In this document: piece by piece, positions 1 through 11,037 of the stretch
Layout of the letters: each line of letters starts with the position of its first letter
Position numbering within the stretch: position 1 is the stretch's first letter
Assembly: GCA_963835065.1 (NCBI GenBank)
Contig: CAWIEK010000002.1
Span: 1-64,000, forward strand
From: an uncultured Chthonomonadaceae bacterium
GTDB lineage: Bacteria; Armatimonadota; Chthonomonadetes; Chthonomonadales; Chthonomonadaceae
DNA length: 64,000 nucleotides
Direction: 5' to 3'
Made by a program: the position numbers and the translations under genes
Notes under the pieces: generated by a model
Seen by the model: only the letters and a program-made list of their open reading frames with translations
Told to the model about the DNA's origin: nothing
Databases searched by the model: none

Positions 1-1274
1 GCCACTTCTGCACGTCGCTCTTGTGCTTGAACTGCGCTGCTTTTCCCGTGCCCTCAGCCGCGAAGAACTCGTTAAGGTCGAACTCATCGAACTCCCCGCC
101 ACTGGCGATTGCGAGCAGTTCGTCGGGCATCTGGTAGGTGAGCAGGCGAAGTTAGGGCAGCGCGCCATACGGGTTCCACTCGCCGGGATGCTCCTCGCCG
201 AACGCTTCCCTGGCGCGCTGCTCGTCGGTGTACGTCCAGTTGAAAATCTGCTCCTCAATGAACTCGCCGGTAGACAGCGCCCGAAACGGCGTGCCGGAAA
301 GATAAAGATACGCCCTGGTGGTGATGGGCAGGAACTCGGTCTCTTTCCCCGACAATTCGCCCAGGTCTTCATTTACCGTTTCCAGGCCGGGAGTGTATTC
401 AAGGCTGGTCTCCTTTTTTGAAACCGCCTCATCCTCGCCCTCGAACAATTCTTTCGCCGTTTCGCGCCACGCGCCAAAGTGGTACTCATCGAAAACTACC
501 AGATCCCAGTCCATGACGTGCAGCCATTCGTTCCTGGCCTTGATGTTGCCCGCGCTGTCCCGGCCCAGCAGATCCTGAAACGAGCCAAAGTAGACGAGCG
601 GGCGTTTCGGATCGGCATCATACGGGTCCTGGCCGGCGGATTTGGAAAGATACTGCCAGCCGTCGAAATCCGCGTGGATCGAGGTCGGTCTGCCACGCAT
701 CCTCTACGGCGGGCTTGAAGGTCAGCACGAGCAGCCGCTTCGCTCCCAATCTCTTCGCCAGTTGGTAAGCGGTGAAGGTCTTGCCGAAGCGCATCTTTGC
801 GTTCCAGAGGAAGCGCGGAACCGCGTTCTTGTCTTCCTTCCAGATGGAGTCGAAGTAGGCAGCCGTCTTGTTCACGGCCTCGGTTTGCTCCCGGCGCAGG
901 GGGAACGTCTCGTGGTGTGTGCCGGTGAGCGGTTTGCCCACGCGGAGTTCGGTAAGAACGGTCTGTACATCAGCGACCGAACACCGCATCCATTCCAATT
1001 CGGGGTTCGCAAAGCCTTTTCGGACGAGCGCGGCGCGCGCCTGATGATCGGTGAAAATCGTGCCGTCCGCGCGTTCCCCCAACTCGTCCAACTCAATCTT
1101 ATAATTCTTGATGGCGGCGGTCTTGAGCTGCTCCGCGACGCGCTGCTTGACGTTCCGCGTGGTTTGGCCGACCTTGAGAAGCCCTTTGTGCGCCACATCG
1201 TCAATCGAGTAGGCGTAGATGCGCGGCCTGGCTTCAGGCTTCGGCGTAAGGATTTCCTCAATGGTCTTACTCAT
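1..1274 (-). pseudogene. Restriction endonuclease/SF2 helicase subunit (N-terminal GIY-YIG/T5orf172-like domain + DEAD-like helicase), disrupted; runs off window
   Basis: Motifs IYAY..LLKVGQT, WNAKMRFGKT and VFDEYHFGAW. Frameshift near 680 and in-frame TAA at 152-154, after which the same frame continues LRLLTYQMPDELL..EFDLNEFF. Confidence 0.85.
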
Positions 1275-1593
1275 CCTCGGCTTCAGCCTCCTTGTTGCCG
1301 TGCTGCATAGGACGCACTATACTTTTGATAAACTTTATCTCCAGTTCTGTGATGCCAAAATGTTCGTAGAGGCTCTTGTCAGTCCATTCCCTGTCCATAG
1401 GTAAAGAAGGCACAAAAGCAAACCTATCTTGTGTGATGTCTTGTGTATTCTTTCTTAGAGCAACCAGGAAACGCGCAAAGCGCGAGCGCAAGTAGGTAGC
1501 GAGGTGTTGAGCTTCCGCCTCAGTAGGGTATGCGCCAACCACGATGTAGGTTTCCGTGCAAGCGCTTGGGGGAGATGCGACGATGGGCCTGCC
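1267..1593 (-). pseudogene. 3' remnant of an Eco57I-like adenine methyltransferase (target-recognition C-terminus), truncated by IS
   Basis: Reads PPSACTETYIVVGAY..YLRSRFARFLV..FAFVP..WTD..LYEHFGITE.EI.FI. The frame ends exactly at the left IS end, and its stop overlaps the helicase start. Confidence 0.75.
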
Positions 1594-3023
1594 GGGTGCA
1601 GTTCAAATTTCTACAAAGCCTTAAATGTTGCAGGCACATGGGGTAGCCCATGACGAATATAGCCCTATCAATAGTGTTGGAGGCTATTTTGTCCGTGGAA
1701 GACCCCATTCCCGCTGTGTCCGAACGCGAAGCGCAAATCCGCCGCTTGGTAGCGGCTTACGAACAACACCTGCGTCAAGGGCTGCCCACTGGCCCACAAA
1801 CCTTAGAACAAATCGAGCGTCAGGCTGAGGAAATCGGCGAAGCGGTCAAGCGCCGTATTCAACAAGACGTAGTAGACACCCAGGGCAGTGGCTATGGCGG
1901 CAAGCACCTCGCCTGTGCCTGTGGCAAGCCCGCCCGCTACATGAGCCAAGGTGTGCGGCAGGTCGTCACCGTGCATGGCGTCGTGCGTATGCAACGCGCC
2001 TACTATTATTGTCCGGCCTGCAAAGCGGGGTTTTGTCCGCTGGATGGGCAACTGCGCCTGGGGAGCGGCGTGTGCAGTGTCCTGGTTCAAGCCCTTGTCG
2101 CCCGCTTTGCCGCGTTTCTCCCCTTTGCCCAGGCGGCGCGCGAACTCAAGGCGATCTGCGGCATTGATCTGTCGGTGAGTACGCTGCGGCGACAGGCGCT
2201 GTTGTTGGGCGCACAAGTGCAGCAGCAGTGGGCACAGGAAGAAGCCGCCTTGTGGCAGGCTCCCGACAAGGAAGTGGCGGCGCGTCCCCAGCACCTCCAT
2301 CTCACCTGCGATGGCGTCCTGCTGCATGTGGGCGGGACATGGCGCGAAGCCAAGATCGGGTGTGCCTACCAAAAGGCAGAGGAAGCGGGCGTGGAACAAA
2401 CCGCCTACTATGCCACCCTGCACAACTCCCAAGCATTCGGCAAGCGGTTGCGCACCCTGGCGCATGGGCAAGGAGCGGACAACTGCTCCCAAGTCGGGAT
2501 TGTCGCCGACGGAGCCGAATGGATTTGGCAGGAAAGCGGCAAGTATTTTGCGCGTCGGGTGCAAATCCTGGACTTCTATCATGCCTGTCAGCACCTCTGG
2601 CAAGTGGCTGCCAGTCGCTATGGCGAGGGCAGCGAGGCCGCCAAAATGTGGATGCAACGTCAACAAGCACGTTTGCGCGCCAATCAGGTCGGTTGGGTGC
2701 TGCGCGACATAACCATCTGGCAACCCAAGACACAAGCGCAACAGGAAGTGCAGCGCAAAGTCTCTCAGTACCTGCGCACCCACTTACGCCGGATGCGCTA
2801 CCAGACGTTTGCCGAGGCGGGCTACCACATTGGCAGCGGTGTGGCCGAAGCCGCTTGCAAGAATGTCATTCAAGCGCGCTTCAAGCAAGCGGGCATGCGC
2901 TGGAAAGAACCAAGCGCAGAAGCGATGCTGCATCTACGTGCCGCTTGGTGCGGCACCCAACAAGCCGACTTTGTTCAAGTCGCAACAGCCGCTAATCGGC
3001 CTGTATAATTTTGAACTGCACCC
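1594..3023 (+). mobile_element. Insertion sequence, ISKra4/ISLre2-like, 1430 bp
   Basis: Terminal inverted repeats GGGTGCAGTTCAAA at 1594-1607 and its reverse complement at 3010-3023 enclose a single transposase. No target duplication visible. Confidence 0.9.
1650..3008 (+). CDS. ISKra4-family DDE transposase
   Basis: CxCG and CxxC Zn motifs, plus DGAEWIW, LDFYHA..HL and IGSGVAEAACK..R.K..GMRW. Confidence 0.9.
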   Translation: MTNIALSIVLEAILSVEDPIPAVSEREAQIRRLVAAYEQHLRQGLPTGPQTLEQIERQAEEIGEAVKRRIQQDVVDTQGSGYGGKHLACACGKPARYMSQGVRQVVTVHGVVRMQRAYYYCPACKAGFCPLDGQLRLGSGVCSVLVQALVARFAAFLPFAQAARELKAICGIDLSVSTLRRQALLLGAQVQQQWAQEEAALWQAPDKEVAARPQHLHLTCDGVLLHVGGTWREAKIGCAYQKAEEAGVEQTAYYATLHNSQAFGKRLRTLAHGQGADNCSQVGIVADGAEWIWQESGKYFARRVQILDFYHACQHLWQVAASRYGEGSEAAKMWMQRQQARLRANQVGWVLRDITIWQPKTQAQQEVQRKVSQYLRTHLRRMRYQTFAEAGYHIGSGVAEAACKNVIQARFKQAGMRWKEPSAEAMLHLRAAWCGTQQADFVQVATAANRPV

Positions 3024-3112
3024 CTTACTTCGGAACAGGCAGGAAATCCGCGCATGGCTGCTGAATTAGCATTTCAGAAGAGTTGGCAACGCAAATGACA
3101 GGGTAAAAGCCT

Positions 3113-3928
3113 ATGCTGGTGACGTTCCTGTTCTGGAACATGATGAAGCGTCCGCTGCAAGAGCGAATTGCGCGGATGGTGGCGGCACATTCTGTTGATA
3201 TTGTGATGCTGGCAGAGTGCAGTGAAAGCCCTGACGATGTGCTTGTCGCCTTGAACGCAAATGCGCCGCCCGTTTTCCACTATCCGCCGACACTGAGTAC
3301 AAAACTGCATGTGTTTACCCGCTACAATCGCGCGTCTGTTGCGGATGTTTTCAATGATCCTGTCGGCGGCCTGACAATACGCCGACTTGAATTTGATTCC
3401 AATCCTGCTGTGCTGTTAGCTCTCGTGCATTTTGCGAGTCGCGTCAATTACGATCAAGACGATCAAACGCTGGAAGCGACGAGCCTTGCAGCAGACATTC
3501 GAGGCGTGGAAGCAATTCAAGCCATTGACCGTACTATCGTAGTAGGCGACTTCAACATGAATCCATTTGAGCCAGGAATGGCGGGGGCGCAAGCACTTCA
3601 TGCAATGATGACAAAGAATCTGGCTCGAAGAGAGGAACGGGATGTTCGTGGCAGGCCATACTCGTTCTTTTACAATCCAATGTGGGGACATTTTGGTGAC
3701 AGAACCGATGGCCCGCCCGCAACGTACTATCTGCGGGCTTCTAAGCCTTACAACTTGTTCTGGCACATGTATGATCAGGTTCTGTTACGTCCGAGTTTGA
3801 TGGACAGCCTACGGGAACTGCACATTCTGGACACGGATGGTGTTGAACCTTTGCTTACACGCAATGATTTACCGAGTACCTCGTCAGGCTCGGATCATCT
3901 TCCCCTTCTCTTTTCCATAGAATTGTGA
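3113..3928 (+). CDS. Endonuclease/exonuclease/phosphatase (EEP) family protein
   Basis: FLFWN, LAE, VGDFNMNP, YDQVLL and SDHLP catalytic motifs. Confidence 0.85.
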   Translation: MLVTFLFWNMMKRPLQERIARMVAAHSVDIVMLAECSESPDDVLVALNANAPPVFHYPPTLSTKLHVFTRYNRASVADVFNDPVGGLTIRRLEFDSNPAVLLALVHFASRVNYDQDDQTLEATSLAADIRGVEAIQAIDRTIVVGDFNMNPFEPGMAGAQALHAMMTKNLARREERDVRGRPYSFFYNPMWGHFGDRTDGPPATYYLRASKPYNLFWHMYDQVLLRPSLMDSLRELHILDTDGVEPLLTRNDLPSTSSGSDHLPLLFSIEL

Positions 3929-3945
3929 ACGGAGGCATTACTGCT

Positions 3946-4395
3946 ATGGCAATCCAAATTCCTAATCTGTGGCCGGTGAAGCAGGTTCAAGTGGATGTAC
4001 TGACGCCACTGGCTATTCTGCGTACGCAGGCAAGCAACCTAAACCAATTGACACAGGGAATACTTGTCGGTAAAGTTAGTACATTAAGCAACGAAGAAAC
4101 CGTACAACATCATTTGGATGTGCTAGTGCCGGCTTTGAACAACTACACACATCGGCTGTTATCTGTAACGCATGCCAAAGATAGAGCCTATCCAGTAACG
4201 GTGCAGGCTGAATACTGCAATGATCCGCTTATGGCTCTAAGTAATGGCTGCCAATCTTTTACACAAGAACAGTTTATCGATTTGCTGAAAGACGTGTTAG
4301 AAAGTAAACACGTTATATCTATTTTGCAATCATTGATTGCACAAAGCAACGAAAGTCGCGATGAAAGCGACACGGGAATCCTTGAAGAAAGGTAG
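3946..4395 (+). CDS. Hypothetical protein paired with the EEP nuclease
   Basis: 149-aa ORF with GGAGG SD, low GC, N-terminal LWP..TP..IL..QA..L..T.G motif. Confidence 0.7.
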   Translation: MAIQIPNLWPVKQVQVDVLTPLAILRTQASNLNQLTQGILVGKVSTLSNEETVQHHLDVLVPALNNYTHRLLSVTHAKDRAYPVTVQAEYCNDPLMALSNGCQSFTQEQFIDLLKDVLESKHVISILQSLIAQSNESRDESDTGILEER

Positions 4396-4405
4396 CCCTC
4401 ACACA

Positions 4406-5227
4406 ATGCAGGATGCGAGGAACGACGAGATACAGGAAAAACAAGTACAGCGGGTGAGCGGCTTGTTTGCAGAAGAGCGGCAGCAGGCTATTCTGGAGCA
4501 GTTGCGGCAGCAGGGCAAGGTAACGGTGGAGGAGTTGACGGTCACGTTCCGCGTGTCTTCCCCGACTATCCGCACCGACCTGACCCGATTGGAGGAGCAG
4601 GGGCTGCTGCGGCGGACGCACGGCGGCGCGATTGCGGTGGGCAATACGCTGTACGAGCCGTCGTATGCCGAGCGCTCCGTACTGCGTCAGGCGGAAAAGC
4701 GGGCGATTGCGCAGGTCGCGGCGGGATTGGTGCAGGAAGGGGAAACGCTGCTGCTGGACGCGGGCACGACCACGTATGAAATCGCCCGCCTGCTGAAAGA
4801 ATTTCGCAGGCTCACCGTTGTGACGAACTCGCTCGTCTCCGCGCAGGTATTGGCGGAAAACGACAATCTGGAAACTATTCTCATCGGCGGTGTCGTGCAG
4901 GCGCGGCGGTGCGCGGCGTTGGGACCACTCGCCGCGCGCTTTCTCGACCCCATTCAATGCGACCGGGCGTTTGTGGGCATGAGCGGCGTCCATCCAACCG
5001 CAGGGTTTACCGTCACCGATTTCGACCTCGCCCTGATAAAACGCAAGATGCTGGAAAAGGCGCGGCAGGCGATTGTCGTTGCCGACAGCAGTAAAATCGG
5101 GCAGACCGCGTTTGCCTGTGTTGCCGGCCTGGACATCGCGGAGCTGCTGCTCACGGACGCGGGGATTGCGGCGGAAGATCGCTGCGCCCTGGAAGAAGCC
5201 GGCCTGCGCGTCCTTACCGCCGGATAG
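4406..5227 (+). CDS. DeoR/GlpR-family transcriptional regulator
   Basis: HTH VS.PTIR.DL..LE..G.L.RTHGGA; sensor domain LDAGTT, VVTNSL and VADSSK. Confidence 0.93.
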   Translation: MQDARNDEIQEKQVQRVSGLFAEERQQAILEQLRQQGKVTVEELTVTFRVSSPTIRTDLTRLEEQGLLRRTHGGAIAVGNTLYEPSYAERSVLRQAEKRAIAQVAAGLVQEGETLLLDAGTTTYEIARLLKEFRRLTVVTNSLVSAQVLAENDNLETILIGGVVQARRCAALGPLAARFLDPIQCDRAFVGMSGVHPTAGFTVTDFDLALIKRKMLEKARQAIVVADSSKIGQTAFACVAGLDIAELLLTDAGIAAEDRCALEEAGLRVLTAG

Positions 5228-5419
5228 CCGCGAAATTACAGGAATCCAATTTTTAGCCGCGAATGAACGCAAATACACGCGAATGGCTGCAGACCGCTTT
5301 AGGCGCTGCGCATTTTGCGAACAAATCCGCAATGTCCTTTTGTTTCTCGTCTTTCCTGTGTCTTTATGTCTTCTCTTCTCCTTTTCTTCTTTTCTTCTTT
5401 TCTTCCTCCGAGGTGTGGC

Positions 5420-6094
5420 ATGGATGTGGCGACGATGCGGGCGCAGTTGGAAGCGAAGTACCCCCTCGTGACGGTGGGAATAGCGGTGGACGAACGGGTT
5501 TGGAATGTGACCTGCGTACAGGATCAGGACGCGCTTCTGGATTTTGCCGAGGAGTTGGAGCATTTTCCTTACGGGTTTTTGCTGTGGGAAGCGTCTGTAG
5601 CATTGGCGCGGAAACTGGCGGCGAATCCCAATCTGGTGGCCGGCAAGCGGGTGCTGGAACTGGGCGCGGGCGTGGGGCTGCCGGGAATTGTGGCGCGTTC
5701 GCTGGGCGCGGAAGTCTGGCAGACGGATCATCAGGCGCACACGCTGTGGCTGGCGCAGGTCAACGCGGCGCAGAACGGCGTAAGCGGCATCACGACATTT
5801 GCCGCCGACTGGCAATCGTGGTCACATTCCCGCTCGTATGACGTGGTGCTGGGCGCGGACATTTTGTATGAGCGGGGGATGCACTTTTATTTGAACGATG
5901 TATTCCGGCGGGTTAAGGCTGCCAATGGAGTCTTGCTGTTGTCCGACCCCGGCAGACCGCAATCTATGGAGTTCATGGCGCAACTGGAAAAATACGGCTG
6001 GCAGATGACGCTGGAAACGCAAACGGTAGAATTGGAAGAAGCCGGGCAGGTGAACAAGCCCGTCGAAGTGGCCTTGTACACGCTGAAAACGTAA
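5420..6094 (+). CDS. Class I SAM-dependent methyltransferase (lysine/nicotinamide N-methyltransferase-like)
   Basis: PYG..LW.AS..LA, VLELGAGVGLPG, GADILYE and LSDPGR. Confidence 0.85.
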   Translation: MDVATMRAQLEAKYPLVTVGIAVDERVWNVTCVQDQDALLDFAEELEHFPYGFLLWEASVALARKLAANPNLVAGKRVLELGAGVGLPGIVARSLGAEVWQTDHQAHTLWLAQVNAAQNGVSGITTFAADWQSWSHSRSYDVVLGADILYERGMHFYLNDVFRRVKAANGVLLLSDPGRPQSMEFMAQLEKYGWQMTLETQTVELEEAGQVNKPVEVALYTLKT

Positions 6095-6178
6095 AACGGG
6101 GAAGTTAAACCACGGAGAACACGGAGGGGAGAGGGAAAGATAGGAAGAAAAGAAGGGGGTTTCCACTCACCTCTTCTT

Positions 6179-7276
6179 TTAATTCACCGTTGCGGAATAA
6201 TAGGCGTCCTTGTATTTGAACCACGCCGTTTTGCCGTCGGGCAGCCAGCCAGCCTCCTCAATTAAGTTGTCAGTGTCGCCTTTCTCTGCGTCGTCACCAT
6301 TGCCGGCAAGAGGAACTATGATGTGTCCGATTTCGCGCCAATCGCTGCCGTCCAAACGAGATGTCCATAATCCAACCCACGTTTGTTTACGTTGAGCCGA
6401 TTTAGGCATTACACGCTGAGGCCGGAGTTGTATCGGCGTTTCGCGGAACCCTTCCGTCGTCCACAGAATACGGTCGCCTGTGGGAGAGCAAACATGGTTT
6501 ATATATTTCAGACCTTTTGGTAATATGTCACGATAAATTTTCAGGCGCACAACCTTGCCCTGCTCCGGCTGCAAAGCGAACTCCTGAAGCGTCAAACCTG
6601 ATTGTCCCCATGTATCTGGATCAAATTCATAATGAGATGTGAGCATCCGACCCGTATTTGTGAGGACACCATTCATATAGATAAAGGAATGTTGCCCCTT
6701 TTGCAAAGGCGGCATGGTCATGCGGATGTTCATTTTGGGATTGGCAGTGTCATGGAGCGTCACTGAAAACGGCATGGTGACATATTCCAGCCAATGGCGA
6801 CTATCGGCAAGCCAGTAGTTTGTGAAATGACGGTAATCGTCACCGCCAGTCGGCCAACTTAAGCGTTGCCCCGTCGCCATGTTCCAGACATGGACGGTAT
6901 CTTGCGCATCCTCGTTATGCCACATTAACCACTTTCCATCAGGCGAGAGCGCAGGATTGGAATAGCGCCGCATGAAACCCTCTCCTAATCGCAACGGAAT
7001 AGTTGTGACCAAGCCTGTATGCAGGTTATGGCGGAGGAGGCTGAAGGCAGCAGGCTTGCGGCCCTGTTCGATATGAAATTCCAGCATTTCATTGTTCGGC
7101 GTCCACCAGTGCCCCCACAAATAGCTGCCCTCCGTCGTCTCTTCCTTTTGCGTTATTTTAAGCCGGACAGCGCGTTGCAGCAGCAGGCGCTCACTGCCGA
7201 CAACGGCGCGGACGCCACCGGCAAGCAGGGCGAAACAGCAAACAACAAGCAGAAACGTGAACACTCTGCGCTTCAT
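6179..7276 (-). CDS. Secreted/anchored TolB-like beta-propeller hypothetical protein
   Basis: N-terminal hydrophobic segment; LSPDGKWL, WLADS, SPTGDRI, SRLDGS and WLPDGK repeats. Paralogue of 57616-58695. Confidence 0.7.
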   Translation of the reverse strand: MKRRVFTFLLVVCCFALLAGGVRAVVGSERLLLQRAVRLKITQKEETTEGSYLWGHWWTPNNEMLEFHIEQGRKPAAFSLLRHNLHTGLVTTIPLRLGEGFMRRYSNPALSPDGKWLMWHNEDAQDTVHVWNMATGQRLSWPTGGDDYRHFTNYWLADSRHWLEYVTMPFSVTLHDTANPKMNIRMTMPPLQKGQHSFIYMNGVLTNTGRMLTSHYEFDPDTWGQSGLTLQEFALQPEQGKVVRLKIYRDILPKGLKYINHVCSPTGDRILWTTEGFRETPIQLRPQRVMPKSAQRKQTWVGLWTSRLDGSDWREIGHIIVPLAGNGDDAEKGDTDNLIEEAGWLPDGKTAWFKYKDAYYSATVN

Positions 7277-7507
7277 GAGTCTGTTCCTTGTGACCGTAAG
7301 CGAATGGGTTAAAGCAGTCTGTGTGAATGTGGGGAAGTTCGGACAGTATAGCATAAACCCGGAAGAAGGACAAGAGAAACTTATACCGCAAAGATGCTGC
7401 GGACGGGCTGCCTGAATACCCAACAACGCGCTGTCAAACAATCAAGCAGCATAGGGTTGGGCAGGGGGAAAAATACCGTTGAGCCACTATAAATGCCCCG
7501 CGCAGGA

Positions 7508-7536
7508 TTGACGCCGACTCGCAGACGCGCTATAAT
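7508..7536 (+). promoter_or_regulatory. sigma70-type promoter for herA
   Basis: TTGACG-N17-TATAAT. Confidence 0.7.
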
Positions 7537-7578
7537 GATACACCTATCCTTAAAATTCTAAACGCGCGGGAGACCTGC

Positions 7579-9288
<1,710 letters not shown>

Positions 9289-9298
9289 CGTTCATAAG

Positions 9299-9354
9299 CA
9301 AACGCAAGACCTTTCCTCACCCGCCTGCCGTTCGCGAGGAAAAGTCTTGCGTTT
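9299..9354. terminator. Long hairpin between convergent herA and purC
   Basis: AACGCAAGACCTTTCCTC ... GAGGAAAAGTCTTGCGTT inverted repeat. Confidence 0.5.
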
Positions 9355-9437
9355 GCGTACAGGCTGAGAAGCGTTCAACTCCGCGCCGATAGTGACGACC
9401 CCACTCTATAGGGACTTTCGACCTGCCAATTGTTCCA

Positions 9438-10373
9438 CTATTCCGGCAAAGGCGTCCCGACAATGCGGCGGTACGCTTCGCGGTATTTGTCCCGGGTTTT
9501 CGCCACAACGTCGTCGGGCAGGAGCGGGGCGGGCGGCTCTTTGTTCCAGCCGGACAATTCCAGCCAGTCGCGGACGAATTGCTTGTCGTAGGAGGGCTGC
9601 GCGTGTCCCGGCTCATAAACCGCCGCTTCCCAATAGCGGGAGGAGTCGGGGGTCAGGGCTTCGTCTATGAGGGTAATCGCGCCTCGATGCAGGCCGAACT
9701 CGAACTTGGTGTCCGCCAGAATCAAGCCGTTGTCTATAGCGCGTTCTGCCGCCGCCTCATATAAACGTATGCTGATGTCGGCAAGTTCGCGCGCCGTTTC
9801 CTCCCCGACGAGGGCGGCTGTTTCCTTCATGCCGATGTTTTCGTCATGGCCGGATTTGGCTTTGGTGGCCGGGCTGAACAGCGGCTGCGGCAAACGGTCG
9901 CACTCGCACAGATTTCCCGGCAATTTCAGCCCGTGCAGCGTGACAGCATGATTTTGCCCGCCCGCCTGCGAGTATTCCTTCCACAGCGAACCGGCCAGGT
10001 AGCCGCGCACCACGCACTCTATGGGAAACGCCTGCGCTTTCACGCCCAGCATCGCCCGCCCCGCCAATTGCCGCCGCAGTTCTTCTGACAGTTTCCCGCC
10101 TGCCTCCTCAATCCGCATCGCAATAAACGCATCGTCGCAGGTGACATAATGCGTTGCCGCGAGGGGGCGCAGGGCATGAAACCAGAAGCGCGATAACTGC
10201 GTCAGGACACGGCCTTTGTCGGGGATGCCGTTGGGCATGATTCCGTCGAAGGCGGAAATGCGATCCGTGGCGACAATCAGCAGCGTGTCGCCCAGATCGT
10301 ACACGTCGCGCACTTTGCCTGTCGCAAACCGGGTCAAGCCGGGTACATCCGTCGTCAGCAGGGGCACAGACAT
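9438..10373 (-). CDS. purC: SAICAR synthase
   Basis: GKVRDVY, TDRISAFD, ECVVRGYL.GS, ADTKFEFG, TPDSSR.W and DKQFVRDW. Confidence 0.97.
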   Translation of the reverse strand: MSVPLLTTDVPGLTRFATGKVRDVYDLGDTLLIVATDRISAFDGIMPNGIPDKGRVLTQLSRFWFHALRPLAATHYVTCDDAFIAMRIEEAGGKLSEELRRQLAGRAMLGVKAQAFPIECVVRGYLAGSLWKEYSQAGGQNHAVTLHGLKLPGNLCECDRLPQPLFSPATKAKSGHDENIGMKETAALVGEETARELADISIRLYEAAAERAIDNGLILADTKFEFGLHRGAITLIDEALTPDSSRYWEAAVYEPGHAQPSYDKQFVRDWLELSGWNKEPPAPLLPDDVVAKTRDKYREAYRRIVGTPLPE

Positions 10374-10396
10374 TCATAACCTCCAATGCGAAATGA

Positions 10397-10711
10397 AACC
10401 ACGGAGAACACGGAGGACACGGAGAGGAATCAGAGTGGGAACCGCGAAATATGCGAAACAAACGAAAGGAAGACAAAAACAAAAAAGAGAAACTAGACAG
10501 GATTACACAAGAGAAGGGCTGATCCTCTGCTGTTGTTTTTAATCCGTTTCTATCCGTGTCCTCCGTGGTTCGTATTTTTGTTATCGTTCTTTTTTCGTTT
10601 AGGGTCTGTAAATGTATAACTTCCCGAAACATGCGTAGGGGCGTGATTTATCACGCCCGCAATGCGGGAACTTATACTTTTACGAACCCTTAGTTCGTGT
10701 GTTTCGCGGTT
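10397..10711. repeat. Cluster of 9-nt-period inverted repeats enclosing a MITE-like/REP composite
   Basis: AACCACGGAGAACACGGAGGACACGGAG pairs with TCCGTGTCCTCCGTGGTT; AACCGCGAAA pairs with TTTCGCGGTT. An imperfect ~27-bp IR (10600-10626/10665-10692) surrounds GTAGGGGCGTGATTTATCACGCCC. Confidence 0.8.
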
Positions 10712-10839
10712 CCTCTTTCCTGTAAGCGCCTGTTTTTGTGGTTTGTACTGGATTCAAGTATACTCTGTGCAGGGATGAAGCGCACTCGTTCCAGCAAACT
10801 CGTTTTATCAAACTCGTTTTATCAAAAAGGAAGGTTATT

Positions 10840-11037
10840 ATGGAGGCAGGGCAGGATACGCAATTTCGACGCTCGGTTTTGAGCCAGATGCGGGCCAATG
10901 ACGGGCAAATAGAGTTTCGTCGGCTGTTGGTTTCCGAGTGTGAGGAATTGCGGCGCATGGAACAGGAAGGGCTTATCCGGCGCGTGGCTACCGAAAAACA
11001 CTTCCTGTTCACGCTGTTGGAACAAAACAAGAACTAA
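10840..11037 (+). CDS. Small hypothetical protein (65 aa)
   Basis: ATG after AAGGAAGG SD; stop overlaps the convergent rsmB-like stop. Confidence 0.5.
   Translation: MEAGQDTQFRRSVLSQMRANDGQIEFRRLLVSECEELRRMEQEGLIRRVATEKHFLFTLLEQNKN

Noticed and set aside
4319..5815. Long antisense or alternate-frame ORFs (e.g. 4319-5815, 23354-24718, 34035-35312, 52468-54006)
   Set aside because: Shadows of well-supported genes in GC-rich DNA, or translations of repeats.
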